A DNA stretch of 64,000 nucleotides from Octopus sinensis (lineage: Eukaryota): NCBI RefSeq assembly GCF_006345805.1, contig NC_043010.1, positions 65,162,001-65,226,000 on the forward strand, in the 5' to 3' direction. Below are positions 10,052-23,039 of this stretch, in pieces. A program made the translations under genes and the position numbers. The notes beneath the pieces are model-generated. The model did no database searches and was not told where the DNA came from. It worked only from the letters and a program-made list of their open reading frames with translations. Within the stretch, counting starts at the first letter, position 1. The number at the start of each line of letters is the position of its first letter.

Positions 10052-11310
10052 CTCAATGTGCTCACTAAAAGGTATCATTCTGTATTCTGGGAATGCAATC
10101 TGTTGTCGATGCAGTGTGCATCTTTTTAAGTGATTTAGGTTGTTTGTAGCTTTTAATGATTTGGTGTATGTTTAGAATTACCTTTAATTGGGGTCCTTAT
10201 GAAGTATTGGTAAATTCTGGGTGATGATGGTGAAGGCTTCTTTGTTTCTGGGGTTGAATGTAGATATGTAAGCTAGTATTTTCGGGGTAGGTGTGTTGTT
10301 GTGTTGAACTTTTCCTAAAGTTTCTATGTTGATTTCTGTTGCACGTCTGATCCCATCCTCTATGAGTTGAGCTGGGTAATGTCTATCAATTAGGGTGTTT
10401 TTGAGTTCTTGCAGTCTAAAGTTCCTGGTATTTTGTTCTGACACTATTGTGCATAAGGACCCCAAATTAAAGGAAATTCTAAACATACACCAAATCATTA
10501 AAAGCCACAAACAACCTAAATCACTTAAAAAGATTCTCACAAAGGCAAAATTGTCTTCTGAAATTACGGATGCAAAAGTAAAAAAATGTGGTAGATCGAA
10601 CTGTGCAACATGTCCAAACCTGCTAGAAGGATCAGAATTCCTCTTTAAAGAGGGACAGATATTCAAGATCAAATCTAACTTTACTTGTGCCTCTGAAAAC
10701 ATAATTTATGTCATAAAATGCTCGGACTGCACCAAGACTACGTGGGATCCACGGGACTATCACTTAGACGTAGATGCACACTGCATCGACAACAGATTGC
10801 ATTCCCAGAATACAGAATGATACCTTTTAGTGAGCGCATTGAGAAATGCGCAAAGCAACTACTACCACAATTTTTAATCTTTCCATTTTACCAATGTGCT
10901 ATCGGATCATCAACACAAATTAGACTAAACAAGGAAACATTCTTCATTGAAAAGTACAAGCCCAGACTTAACCATCCCAACATACTGATACAGAGAAATT
11001 CACACCAAGGGAAAGGAAAAAAAATTTAAGCGATTATCTCCCTTACACCGGAAGAAATCACTCATTACCTCCCCTTATTTAGAACTCTTTTGAACATAAA
11101 CATACCGATAACTCTATTCAACATAAACATAACGTCGCAAGAAATTTGAAAAGCTAAACGCGAAACCGGTCTTTCTTCTAAATTATGCCATTATAAGAGA
11201 AAAAATTTTTTTAATATTCTTCAGACATATTGACGCAAATATATATTTTTTAACATTTAAGCCTTCTGTAGTTTTTTCACTTTTTACTATTTTCTATATA
11301 TTCAACCACG
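10052..11310 (+). mobile_element. Penelope-like element 3' part (Cys-rich linker, GIY-YIG endonuclease, pLTR) with an inverted 5' segment at 10052-10453
   Basis: On +: KCGRSNCATCP, FTCASENIIYVIKCSDC, YVGSTGLSLRRRCTLHRQQI, KETFFIEKYKPRLN. On -: thumb region CTIVSEQNTRNFRLQELK...STFNPRN. Degenerate hammerhead ttgaaaagctaaacgcgaaaccggtc at ~11145-11170. Confidence 0.9.
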
Positions 11311-12159
11311 TGCTTTCACAAACAAACTTTCTTATCTATATATTAAACACGTGAGACCGAAAATGCCACAGAAGACCAACACCTCGGATAAAAATACAAA
11401 TGAGGACATACTCAAAGAACTGAAAAGTATTAATACACAGCTCATTACCCCGAACAACAAAATCGAGGAATCAAACCTACTCTCCCGGGAAAGTAAAAGC
11501 AATGAAGATACAACTCGCTACACTGACCAGGTTAGTAAGGATTTGCAACTGTTATACACAACACTAAATTCAATTTTCATCAACAAATCCGAAAATAATA
11601 AACACACACCAAATGAAACACAGCAGGACATCATACGCACCCAAATTAACCCAGCAAAAAGAAAAATAGGAAACATTTGGAATACAAACCTGCACAACAG
11701 AAAACTCGCCTTCTGGAACATGATAACAAATTCCAACAAAGCAGATATATACGAGGGATGGATGAACTCAACACCAATTATCCTCCCACGCAAATTCCAG
11801 AAAAAATTAATTCCTAACGAGCCTGACGGACAGAGAACTATTAGGGAAAAGTCAGCTCTGTTCAATTTAAGATCAGAAATAGAGCTTCTAAGACTAAGGG
11901 CCTCCACAAATGAGGAAACATTTAAAAGCATTGACGAGGAGATGCACAATATAATACAGAAACATACCGAGGGACAACCCCTCTAAAATACATTAGATCA
12001 TTAGAAGGATACCTGTGAAAAAGAAGAGAGAAATTCTCTCCTGCGCTGGGAGAAAAACATGGATTTCTTCCAAAAATATAGTTCAACTTTCAAAAATGAA
12101 TTGGGTACAAATAATCCTTCCTTAAGAAAATTACAAAACATAAAAAAGAAAACCAAACA

Positions 12160-15043
12160 ACAGGAAAGGAAAGAAAGGAGTCATGGAGGTGTTGCTATGT
12201 ACATCCGGGAGGACGTCACACCCCAGGTCCTCTTGTCATACTCAAACTCGGTGTGTGACACACTAATTGTACATATTAGGCAACTTGATGTAGTTGTGTG
12301 TGCTACATATCGCCCTCCAGATGCCCCAAGCCATGAGGGCAAGTTTGAAGACTGCCTTATAAAAATAGAAGAAATTCTAACCACATTAGAACAACACATA
12401 GGTGTGCTTCTTATGGGAGACTTCAATCTGGCCAATGTCAGATGGCCCGAGGGCCTTTCTCTCCAGGAATGACAAGATGTGAACGAGGACAGGCGAGGTC
12501 CCTCCTGAACCTCATCAACACCCTGTACATGGAGCAGGTAATACTCCAACCAACCAGGGCAGGTAACACACTGGATTTCTGCTTCACAAATGACATGGAT
12601 CTCATCCATAATGTGAAAGTGACACCGACACTACTCTCGGATCACAACATGATAGAGCTGACCATGTACGGGCCAAAAGAGAGCACGGACATGCAGCCTA
12701 CAAGAAACCCTCAAAATCTTTCCAGCTTGAACTACCATAAAGCAAACTGGAAACAAATTGAGAAAGAGATCCTCAAACAAAACTGGCCTAAATGTCTCTC
12801 CTCGCCAGACATCGACGTGAAACTTCAACAATTCATGTCTGTAATGCAAGCCATATGCTACAAATGTGTCCCAGAGAGAAAGGCCACTGTACACAAGAAC
12901 AAAATCCCCAGAGAGAGGAAAATTTTAATGAGACGGCGTACGAAATTTTCAAATCGCCTAAACAAACAGATTGAAAGCAGTGAAAAGTCCCGCCTAAAAA
13001 TAAAACTGTTGGAAATCGAAAAATGTCTGCAACTCTCCCATGAAAAAGAAAGAGCAGACAAAGAAGCCTGGGCTATAGAAAACATAAAATCTAACCCCAG
13101 AGCTTTCTACAGGTATGCCAAAGAAACAGCTACAGTGCACTGTAGAATAGGGCCACTCCTCGAAAAGGATGGCACACTTACAGGAAAACCAATGAGGGTA
13201 AGTGAAATACTGAATGAGCAATTCAAGAGTGTTTTCACTCCACCCCTTGGGCATCTCCAAATCACCAATCCAACTGACTTTTTTACCACTGCAGATATAA
13301 AATCAGAGGCGGCGACGATAGATTACATCGATATAAAGGAAGACGATGTAACCAAGGCTATAGATGAAATGAAAACAGACTCAGCTACTGGCCCCGATGG
13401 ATTCCCGGCAATCCTCCTAAAAGCATGTAAGAGAGCCCTAGCAAGACCACTGCAGTTCCTCTTTCAGAGCTTCCTTGCAGCTGGCAAACTTCCAGGAAAA
13501 CTGAAGGAAGCTAAAATATGCCCCATTCATAAAGGAGGTAGCAGAGCGGAAGCCAAGAACTATAGACCTATCTCTCTGACCTCACACATCAGCAAGGTCA
13601 TGGAACGAATAGTCAGAAGGAAGCTGATCACCTTCCTTGAAGAGAATGACTTGCTACCCGACACCCAACATGGTTTCCGACCAGGGAGAAGCTGTTTAAC
13701 TCAGCTCCTACAACACTATGACTGGGTGCTGAAACGGCTGCTCAACCGCTCAAATGTGGAAGTGATATATCTCGACTTTGCAAAGGCCTTTGATAAAGTC
13801 GATCATGGAATGATATGTCACAAACTGCGTGATCTCAACATAGTTGGAAAACTGGGAGAATGGCTTCATGACTTTCTGAAGGATAGAAGTCAGGTGGTAG
13901 TAGCCAATGGGGCCACCTCCATTAACACACAAATAGTGAACGGTGTTCCGCAGGGCACTGTTCTGGGACCACTACTGTTCATAATGGCCCTCTCAGACAT
14001 GCCCTCAGCCACGCAGAGAGCCACGATCACAAGTTATGCAGATGATACAAAAGTTTCACAGGCAATACAGAACCCTGAGGACACTAAACACCTGCAATGT
14101 GAGCTGGACGAAATATACAAGTGGGCTGAAAAGAATAGCATGCAGTTCAATGCTGGAAAGTTTCAAGCTTTATACTATCAGTATGCAAAACTGAATGCAA
14201 TACCCAATGAATACACTGGACCCGGAGGGATTGCAATCCCAGAGGCACAATCAGTGCGTGACCTGGGTATTCACATGAGTGATGACGCGACCTTTCATGT
14301 ACATGTTGCTAAACTGACAATGAAATGTAGACGGCTGGCTGGATGGATTCTTAGAACCTTTAGAACAAGAGAACAAGAAACCATGATGGTCCTCTGGAAG
14401 ACACTTGTCCTAAGCCACTTTGACTATTGCTCTCAGCTATGGTCACCATCCAGTGTCAAGTTGATCACAGAACTTGAGGCGATCCAACGAAGCTACACGA
14501 AGAAGATAGCCTCTATGCAGAATGTAAGCTACTGGGAAAGACTCAAGAGTTTAAAATTATATTCCCTGGAGCGTAGGCGGGAAAGATATGCCATAATATA
14601 CATCTGGAAGATCCTGGAGGGAAGTGTCCTGAACTTTGGCATCGAGAGTTACGCAAATGCCAGAACTGGGCGCCACTGCGTGGTGCCTAGGACTCCAAAC
14701 CTGCCATCAAGATGTAGGACAAGATTCTGTGATAGCCTGGGCTTCCGAGGCCCACAGCTCTTCAATATCCTCCCGAAGAACCTGAGAAACCTGCATGGGG
14801 TGGATACAGATGTCTTTAAAATGAAGCTGGATCTCTTCCTGTCAGGTGTCCCAGATGAACCAACTTCACGGCAGGAGGGGCAGATGAGGGCAGCTGCATC
14901 GAACTCTCTCATGCACCAAATAGCAGTTGCTAGAAAGCCTCCATGAAGTGAAACCAAGTAGCAACACCAAATGGCGGTGCCCCAGCATGGCCACAGCTCA
15001 TAAGCTGAAACTAGAATCAATCAATCAATCAATCAATCAATCA
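12160..15043 (+). mobile_element. CR1/L2-group LINE, 5'-truncated within the APE endonuclease, (ATCA)n tail, nested in Penelope
   Basis: APE motifs GGVAMY, YRPP, MGDFN and SDH; RT motifs LDFAKAFDKVDH, GVPQGTVLGPLLF and YADD; tail (atca)n at ~15016-15043. Confidence 0.93.
12442..14946 (+). CDS. LINE ORF2 (APE C-terminal part plus RT, 834 aa); one frameshift relative to 12059-12472
   Basis: Uninterrupted 834-codon frame with an intact YADD motif. Confidence 0.85.
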   Translation: MARGPFSPGMTRCERGQARSLLNLINTLYMEQVILQPTRAGNTLDFCFTNDMDLIHNVKVTPTLLSDHNMIELTMYGPKESTDMQPTRNPQNLSSLNYHKANWKQIEKEILKQNWPKCLSSPDIDVKLQQFMSVMQAICYKCVPERKATVHKNKIPRERKILMRRRTKFSNRLNKQIESSEKSRLKIKLLEIEKCLQLSHEKERADKEAWAIENIKSNPRAFYRYAKETATVHCRIGPLLEKDGTLTGKPMRVSEILNEQFKSVFTPPLGHLQITNPTDFFTTADIKSEAATIDYIDIKEDDVTKAIDEMKTDSATGPDGFPAILLKACKRALARPLQFLFQSFLAAGKLPGKLKEAKICPIHKGGSRAEAKNYRPISLTSHISKVMERIVRRKLITFLEENDLLPDTQHGFRPGRSCLTQLLQHYDWVLKRLLNRSNVEVIYLDFAKAFDKVDHGMICHKLRDLNIVGKLGEWLHDFLKDRSQVVVANGATSINTQIVNGVPQGTVLGPLLFIMALSDMPSATQRATITSYADDTKVSQAIQNPEDTKHLQCELDEIYKWAEKNSMQFNAGKFQALYYQYAKLNAIPNEYTGPGGIAIPEAQSVRDLGIHMSDDATFHVHVAKLTMKCRRLAGWILRTFRTREQETMMVLWKTLVLSHFDYCSQLWSPSSVKLITELEAIQRSYTKKIASMQNVSYWERLKSLKLYSLERRRERYAIIYIWKILEGSVLNFGIESYANARTGRHCVVPRTPNLPSRCRTRFCDSLGFRGPQLFNILPKNLRNLHGVDTDVFKMKLDLFLSGVPDEPTSRQEGQMRAAASNSLMHQIAVARKPP

Positions 15044-16302
15044 CCCACGAACAACCCCCAACTATCCTCCACACACTAAAAACAGAAATCACCCACAACC
15101 AACCTTTGCAAACCACGCAAGACCTAACAGGGAACTAGCTGACAGACGACGCGTCTATGAAATAAATTACACCAAAAACAGAACACACCAACAACATCCT
15201 AATACCAGACCCAACCACCATACAGCACAAAACGACACTAGAATAAGAAATACACCACTCACAAGTCGCTACTACCCCATGAACCAAAATTACTGGCCCC
15301 ACTGAACACAAGACAAACGCAAAAAAACACTATGTCAAGCAACATCCCACATACAAGCAGTTCGAAACAAAAATATTTCACATACAGAAATTTTACACAC
15401 ACCACAAACAAAAACAACCATAGATTCCCACACACACACAACGATCGGGGGCAACAATACCACCATTCCCCCGACCCAATATCACACAACCTCACAGACA
15501 ACTCATACAAACAAAATTACACCCAACATTTTTTAGCCAGGGACCAGAGACACCAGGACACAGGCTGGAACCTAGTAATAAGGAAAAACCGAAGATAATC
15601 AATCTTTCAACCAAACCTCTTTCTAACATAAAAATTGACATCCTCTCAAAAGGGCTCAAATTTACACCAACTCCACGCAGAGCCAACCTAAATGAAATCA
15701 AGGATAATATAACAGAATTTTGCAGAAAATTAAGACTAGCAGAAGCATCAACCAGTTTCAATACTGAAGATGAATCACTAGTCAAGAACAAAAGTGAACA
15801 CATCCCACACAGAGGAAGAAATAAAGATCTTGACGAATTCTGTAACCACATTGAGAACTTTCCCTACCATACTATACATAAACAGATAGTTAACTCAAAT
15901 TTTAACACTACACAATGGAAAGAACTGATAGAACGTCAAAATGATGAGGATATAACCATTAAGGAAGTAGACAAGGGAAATGCAGTTGTAATAATGGATA
16001 CATCATACTACAGAAATCTTGTAATTTCCTTGCTTGATGACGACCTACATTATGAAAAAATTACCAACTACACCCCACAAAAAATAATGAAAACTCTATC
16101 TTCACTAATTAAAACCCATGAAAAGGAACTAACAACCAAAGAGATTGACTTTCTAACAAACTTTAAATGCAAACCTAGCCTTTTCTATGGTCTGCCAAAA
16201 ATTCATAAAAGTCGAATTATAAATGAAACCATTAAAAAATCACCAAAGACATACATACACACGCCTAACCCGGGTGTAGTTTTTTCACTTTTTACTATTT
16301 TC

Positions 16303-16338
<36 letters not shown>

Positions 16339-16539
16339 ATATAAGAAGTGTGTGTGTGCTTGAAGTGAGTATGGGCTTCCAGAAATGTTAAGTGACCAAT
16401 CAGTGTGTGGCTTCACTAAATTACCTGAGTTGATTGGTGCTTGATTTACGCTTCACAGTTGTTGAACATGTCAAAAGACTTGTATTTTTACCTTGGCCAA
16501 AATAGTAATTGTTTCGTTATTTTTAGAAATGTTTTATTT

Positions 16540-16950
16540 TTTCACTCATTTCACTGCGGCCATGCTGTAGCACCACCCTTAGTCGAACAAATCGACTCCA
16601 GGGCTTATTCTTTGTAAGCTTAACACTTATTCTACCGCTCTCTTTTGCCGAACCGCTATGTTACGGGGACGTAGACACAACGGCATTGGTTGTCAAGAGA
16701 TGGTGGGGTGACAAACATAGACACATACACACAAACACGCATACACACACAAACACACACACACACATACATATATATATACACGACGGGCTTCTTTCAA
16801 TTTCCGTCTACTCACAAATCCACTCACAAACTTTTAGTCGGCTCGAGGCTATAGTAGAAGACACTTACCCAAGATGCCATATAGTGGGACTGAACCCGGA
16901 ACTATGGGGTTGGTGAGCAAGCTACTTACCACACAGCCACTCCTGCGCCT
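16540..16950 (-). mobile_element. tRNA-derived SINE (second family; paralog at 48590-48998)
   Basis: Reverse complement starts ggcgcaggagtggctgtgtggtaagtagc...gttccgggttcagtccca, with an internal (CA)n tract. Confidence 0.8.
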
Positions 16951-17261
16951 AGTACGTCATTTTTTTCTTTAGAATTTTCGCGTAAACTTCTTTTGCAAAT
17001 GGAGACAGTACGGAAACATTAGTCACTTATAATTAAAGATGCGTTACGGAAGTTTTTTTGTTTTCTCCTTTTCATTAGGTTATTTACACTTCGCCAAACC
17101 CATATGATGGTGTAATCACAGTGAAACTACACCTGAAGTATGCCGGCTTTAGCCTGAATCCTGACAGTGTTGATAGCCCAGCAGTCAGGCCGTGTGCTTC
17201 TCTGGAAATACCACAGCTTCACACCCAACCTTAGCCACTTGACCTATACCTTATATATATC

Positions 17262-17511
17262 ATCATCATCATCATCATCATTTAGCGTCCGTTTTCCATG
17301 CTAGCATGGGTTGGACGGTTTAACTGGGGTCTGTGAAGCCGGAAGGCTTCATCAGGCCCAGTCAGATTTGGCAGTGTTTCTACGGCTGGATGCCCTTCCT
17401 AATGCCAACCACTCCGTGAGTGTAGTGGGTGCTTTTTACGTGCCACCGGCACGGGGGCCAGGCGAGGCTGGCAACGGACACGAGCGGATGGTGCTTTTAC
17501 GTGCCAACGGC

Positions 17512-17512
<1 letters not shown>
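17262..17512 (-). mobile_element. RTE-type 3' tail element (SINE or LINE end) with (GAT)n tail
   Basis: (cat)n at 17262-17281 and the motif tttctacggctggatgcccttcctaatgccaacc. Missing from the paralog near 49290. Confidence 0.6.
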
Positions 17513-17566
<54 letters not shown>

Positions 17567-17899
17567 TGTGTGTATGTACAAGAGTTATAGTATAGAGTAG
17601 ATACGGTGCGGGCTGCACATGGACCATAGCGGCAGGAACCTCAGAAGTGGTAAATATCCTAGCGAGGTGTATACCGCTGGCTTTTCTACAGACCAAGGAT
17701 ATCTTGATTAAATGAAAGTTTACATTGTCGCAAGGAGGTGCAGGTTAACGCATGGAAGATTCAATAAGAATATGTTTAAAGCACAATAGGAGAAGAGAAT
17801 ATAAATGTAGAGAGAAATAAGTACTAAAAGAAAAAAGAAATGAAATTATGAGGGAGTGAGAGGAATGAGGAATTTAAGCAAGGTTATTTTATCAGTAGG

Positions 17900-18260
17900 G
17901 CTGTTTTGGCTGAATCACAATAAATTCTCGGTAGGGTAGTCGTTTGCGAAATGAGATTCATAATTGGAGAACGAAAGAGCACTTCTCTCCTAACGTTGAA
18001 GCGATGTTAATTCCTCCTTTCCACAGTTTAATATTGTTTTCCCAGCCTTGGAAGCTTTTGAAATTTCTGTTTGCATCTGTACGTCAATCGTTTAAAATTC
18101 TTCTTCATTGCAATTTGTTCTTAGCCGTATTATTTGGGTTTCCTTTCAAAATTTGTCGAGAGCCATCTTTTCTCAAAGTTTTTGTTGTTGATGGAGTTCA
18201 TTAGCGATATGTTTTATTTGTATGATAGTTTCTTTGGGCGGATGATCGGCTGAGCCATTT
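17900..18260 (-). mobile_element. Decayed Penelope N-terminal fragment (paralog at ~49740-50060)
   Basis: The - strand reads REKMALDKF*KETQIIRLRTNCNEEEF*TIDVQM, which aligns with REKSALFNLRSEIELLRLRASTNEETFKSIDEEM of the 11351 ORF. Confidence 0.55.
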
Positions 18261-19381
18261 TCATTTATTTTTGCTTTGCCATTATTTTTAATGAACTTGC
18301 AAAAGGGAAATTTAATGGCTATGTGTTTTCGATTGCAGAGGTTTCTTGTTGCAGGTGAATGCTATTTTATTGTTCAGTTTTGGGGTTTTGTGTCAGCTTC
18401 TAGAGCATCACTGTTTCTATATATATGTATATATTTATATGTATGTATTCTTGCATGTATATGCTTATCTATATATGTATATAGAAACTCTTCTAAATCT
18501 ACTTATATTGTCACGAAATTCTTGTTATTCCACGCGGTTAATGACGAAAAGGCAAAGAGAGGTTCCAACATCTACTTGTGGCTACTTCGTCACTTAACTT
18601 GGGGGAAATTATAATTTTCTAAAGAGTTACACACGCAATCGAATTACAGCTATAGGTTTGGGTAAACACACACACCCATACACACACGCGCGCGCGCACG
18701 CAACACATACATATTTGAACATACGCACATTTACATGCACGCACACAGAATTATACGTTGCTGACATATGTCACGGAATCTGTATAGATCCACTTAGAAA
18801 TAAACTTGTACATCCGTGTATAGATACATTGAAATGGTATAGAGGGCCCTTAATAAGTAGGTATTTCCGTTCTTCCTCTTAGAGGGAGACAAAAACATAG
18901 CTATTGCATTGTTTTTCTCTATTCCGGATATGATTATTGAAAATGTTTATAGTTAATCAGAAACTTATCAGATTTGGTTACTCTTTTGGACATAGAAGTT
19001 GTGAGAAATGTCTGCGGTGAATGTAATCGTTTTCTGCTGTGGAATCTTATTGATACTTTCAACCAAACAGATTTCTACGTGTATGTTATTATTTTTCTTT
19101 TTTCTTTCTTTCTTTCTTTTTAATTACTGTCTCCATATATGTTGATTACATGATTTAGTGGTAATTAATGTATATCCTAATTATTTGATAATGTAGTTTT
19201 GATGTTTCGTGTTTTCTCTACGGAGCCTATCTATCTCTCTCTCTCTTCTCTCTCTTCCCTTCTCCCCCTCTTCTTATATATATATATATATGCACATATG
19301 TATACGCATGTACATATATACATAAATCCTTAAATCCTTAAATCCTTAAATTCCATATTTATATAAATTAAAATATGAACG

Positions 19382-19413
<32 letters not shown>

Positions 19414-19616
19414 AACACATACATACAAACGCACATATACGTACATACATGTTGTAACAGACATATATCTGATTTGAAGCAACTATTTCAGCCTATACTT
19501 TCAAGTCGATAACTGCTTTTGAAGGAAATTAGTAGACACAACATATACTGAAATCCTTCTTGTGTACCTGTGTGTGTATGTATTTGCGCTTATGCGCATA
19601 TATATACACATATATG

Positions 19617-19657
<41 letters not shown>

Positions 19658-20139
19658 ATATATATATGTGTGTGTATACGCCCTTTAACATCAGTTGGAA
19701 ATTACTGGAACCTTGTGAACTCTATTGCAATGGAACAAGACTGTGTAAATTGTGTATGGCAGATATATATATTATTCTCATGAACTCACATGAGCCAGGA
19801 GGCTACCTGAACACCAGCGCGGAAGCCGTGGGGAGTTGTCCACGTTTTCGGAAATTTTTACTTCAAACTTGGAAAACCTAGCTACCAAGCGAAGGAAGAC
19901 AACTCGCCCGACCATAATTTTTTAAGAGGAATATTTCTTCAACTATCACCGGCGTTCTTGTGTTTAAAAAACATTCTTTGCAGTGAATGGTTATCGTTTA
20001 TAAAAACTGAAGAAATGTCTAGTCCACGCTAGATATTAAACCAATGGGGCTTTTTTTCTAAGCTATTACGTTACACATACAAATGTATATGCGTGTGTGC
20101 GTGTTTATATACACTCACGCACACAGACACAGATAGATA

Positions 20140-20145
20140 GATAAT

Positions 20146-20194
<49 letters not shown>

Positions 20195-20195
20195 G

Positions 20196-20271
<76 letters not shown>

Positions 20272-20300
20272 AATAGATAGATAGTTAGATAGACAGATAG
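20140..20300. repeat. (GATA)n microsatellite; further tracts at 22260-22355, 47130-47205, 51975-52120 and 54085-54165
   Basis: Directly visible. Confidence 0.95.
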
Positions 20301-22079
20301 AAGGAGAAAGAGAGAAGGCGAGAGAGATAGGTATACATACATATATGAATAAATTGTTTCTGTGTGTGTGTATGTGTGTGAGCGTGTGTATTTATCTGTG
20401 AACCTGTTTGTAAGACTATCAGCGTTTTCACCGGCTCAAAAAAATGCGTTTTCTCTGTGTTTATGTCCCCTGTCCTAGCGTTGCCATAACATAATATCGC
20501 TACAATATGTACATGATTTAAAAAAAGGAAAAACATACAAGAAAATACTAGAGTTTGGTATACATATTTATAAACCCCGTTACAGCGGTGCACCAGTAAG
20601 TATAGTTACAATTTAGTGAAAATGTAAATACATATGCCTTTGTATATATAACATAATATAATATATATGGATATGTATACACACACTCACATATGTATAT
20701 ATACTAGAAGGAAAAATGCGAGCAAGAAATAAACAGGGAAATAACATGTAACAAAAACATCTTTAAATGATTATTGGGGAGCATATTCACCATCTACTTC
20801 AATTACTGCTTCCAATTAAAAAATTGCAGCTGAGATAAAATTTGAATGGGTTGCAAATTAAATAAAATATTCAAAGAAGACAAGCTATTCAATACTGATC
20901 GACCATCTTTCAGTCAAGTAGTAGGTCAAAAATAAAAGAAAAAGCTTAAAATGCTACAGCTAAATTTAAAATTCGATTCATGATTCTTTATTTATTATTA
21001 AGACAATTTTATAAAGATGATCTTTATTTTCTTTTAATATATTTAACTGCATGAAAGTAAAGTAAAATAATTTTGCCGAAAATAAAACCAAGAACATATT
21101 TAATTATTTAAATAGGCTTAAGTTTACTATAGTCAAACATTTAGATTATTTTTCTTACGGCTGCTTCTTAATAGGGACACTACTGCAGCTTTGCAGTTTT
21201 TGCACCAACTTTTGACTGCTTAAAGTAGCGTAACTTTTTTCTATCAAACATCTTTCAACGAGATATTCACCCAAAGATTTTACTCATCGATTTTTTAAAA
21301 AAAGTACAATTGAAGTACAGTTTTGCTTTTCAAATGATTGAGAAATTACGAATCTAAGTAAATATCAGGCATTACTCTCCCATTTTTGGGCCTACATTTT
21401 TTATTATAACTTTCTCTCCTCTGAACCAGAATTCGATTATTTTATGTCAAAATGTAGCTTACTACTAGTCCATCATAGTGCAGAAACCGAATTAATATTG
21501 AGCTTATCTGAATTAGGGGCAAAGAAATTGGATTGGCCGCGAGTGAGTAAAGGTTGGAAACAACAAATTATCACTTTTTCTAAACTATCACTTTTTTCCA
21601 AATATTTTTTAAAGAGATTTTCCCCAAAAAAGATTCTACTCATTGAGTTCTCTTAAAAATATATTAAATATAGTTTACTTTTGAAACACCTGACATATTT
21701 TGATTTTAGGCATCACTTACCAAGTTTGTGGCTACTTAAAAGCTGCATGACATTTTTCTATCAAATATCTTTTAAAGAGGTGTCAGCAAAATTCTTTCAT
21801 CGAATTCTTTCCAAAAGATATAACTGAAGTGAAGTTTGCTTTACAAATAACCGAGAAGTTGCCAGTCAAATAAAATATCAGGCGTCACTCTCCCATATTT
21901 GGCCCTACTGTTTTATTACAACAGTTTTTCTACTCAACCAAGCTTCGATTTTTTAATGTCAAAATGTAGATTGCCACTGGCTTATCATAATGCAAAAACC
22001 GATTTAAGATTGAGCTAAAATTGTATTAGGGGTAAAGCGTCAAAATAGCTGCGAATGAGTAAAAGTTGACCTTAAGAAT

Positions 22080-22248
22080 ATTCTTCACAAACCGTTTATC
22101 TCTGTTTATTTTCTTATATTCCTCTCTGTTGAAGAGCGTAGGCTCGAAACGTAAAAGTCGGTTTCATTTTTCCCGAGCGTCAAATTAAATAAACAGCTTG
22201 TTGTTCATACACCGGTCTCCGTCTTCTGGTTTTCTATAAATTTCAACT
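22080..22248 (+). mobile_element. Solo Penelope pLTR remnant with hammerhead-like motif (paralog at 53905-54072)
   Basis: ctgttgaagagcgtaggctcgaaacgt at 22126-22152 also ends the Penelope copy at 25183-25209. The remnant abuts (TA)n. Confidence 0.6.
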
Positions 22249-22302
22249 ATATATATATATATATAGATAGATAGATATAGATAGATAGATAGATAGATAG
22301 AT

Positions 22303-22338
<36 letters not shown>

Positions 22339-22886
22339 TAGATAGATAGATAGATCGGATTGTTTCATGTATGTTCCATTATATGTTCACTTGAATACTT
22401 TCAGAAACACAGATTCATTATAATGTTTGCTTTTTTTAAAATTCACTGTAGTTGATGGTTTTTGCAACGGTATTTTTATAAATAATAAACAGAAGTGGAT
22501 CCAACACAATACTCTGAGCGACATCACAAATGTTTTTTGCTTGTCTAGAGTAAATTGCATCAATCAGAGTATATAGTCTTATGTTTTTCAGTAAATATTA
22601 AATCAACTGACACCGGTGTGGGATAAAGTTTCTAGCAGAATGTTATGGCCTACTCTATCGAATGTTTTACTGAAGTCAAGATAAATGACAGCAGCATTGA
22701 AACCTCTATCGCGATATTTAGATTGTCATACATTATCTGATTTCAACAGTCTCTGCAAAAATGAAGGCTATGCTGGTTTTCGTGTATTTATGGACACAGG
22801 CGTGGATGTCATATATTCATATACTCATATATGTATGTATTCACGTATGTAAATATTCGGTAGATACTCCGAAATTTTGTGTATAC

Positions 22887-22932
<46 letters not shown>

Positions 22933-23039
22933 TATATATACATACACATATATAATAGAATATAAGAATAGAATCCCAGTAATGATTTTTATCAGATTTT
23001 TATATCACCATGCTATAAAAAATTTACTAAGTTGAACAG

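Larger units (their letters stand above)
11340..16310 (+). mobile_element. Penelope-like element 5' ORF (N-terminal domain and start of RT), interrupted by a LINE and truncated at ~16270
   Basis: N-terminal RKLAFWNMI...LPRKFQKKLIPNEP...SEIELLRLRA. An open frame from ~15584 gives LSKGLKFTPTP, IKEVDKGNAVVIMD and FYGLPKIHK. It ends in a short copy of the pLTR (tgtagttttttcactttttactattttctatata at 16274, matching 11267). Confidence 0.88.

Noticed and set aside
19680-19930. Cys-containing ORF (KLLEPCELYCNGTRLCKLC) conserved in both duplication copies
   Set aside because: The ORF starts within microsatellite, lacks convincing splice sites and has no recognisable domain; conservation equals the background of the duplication.
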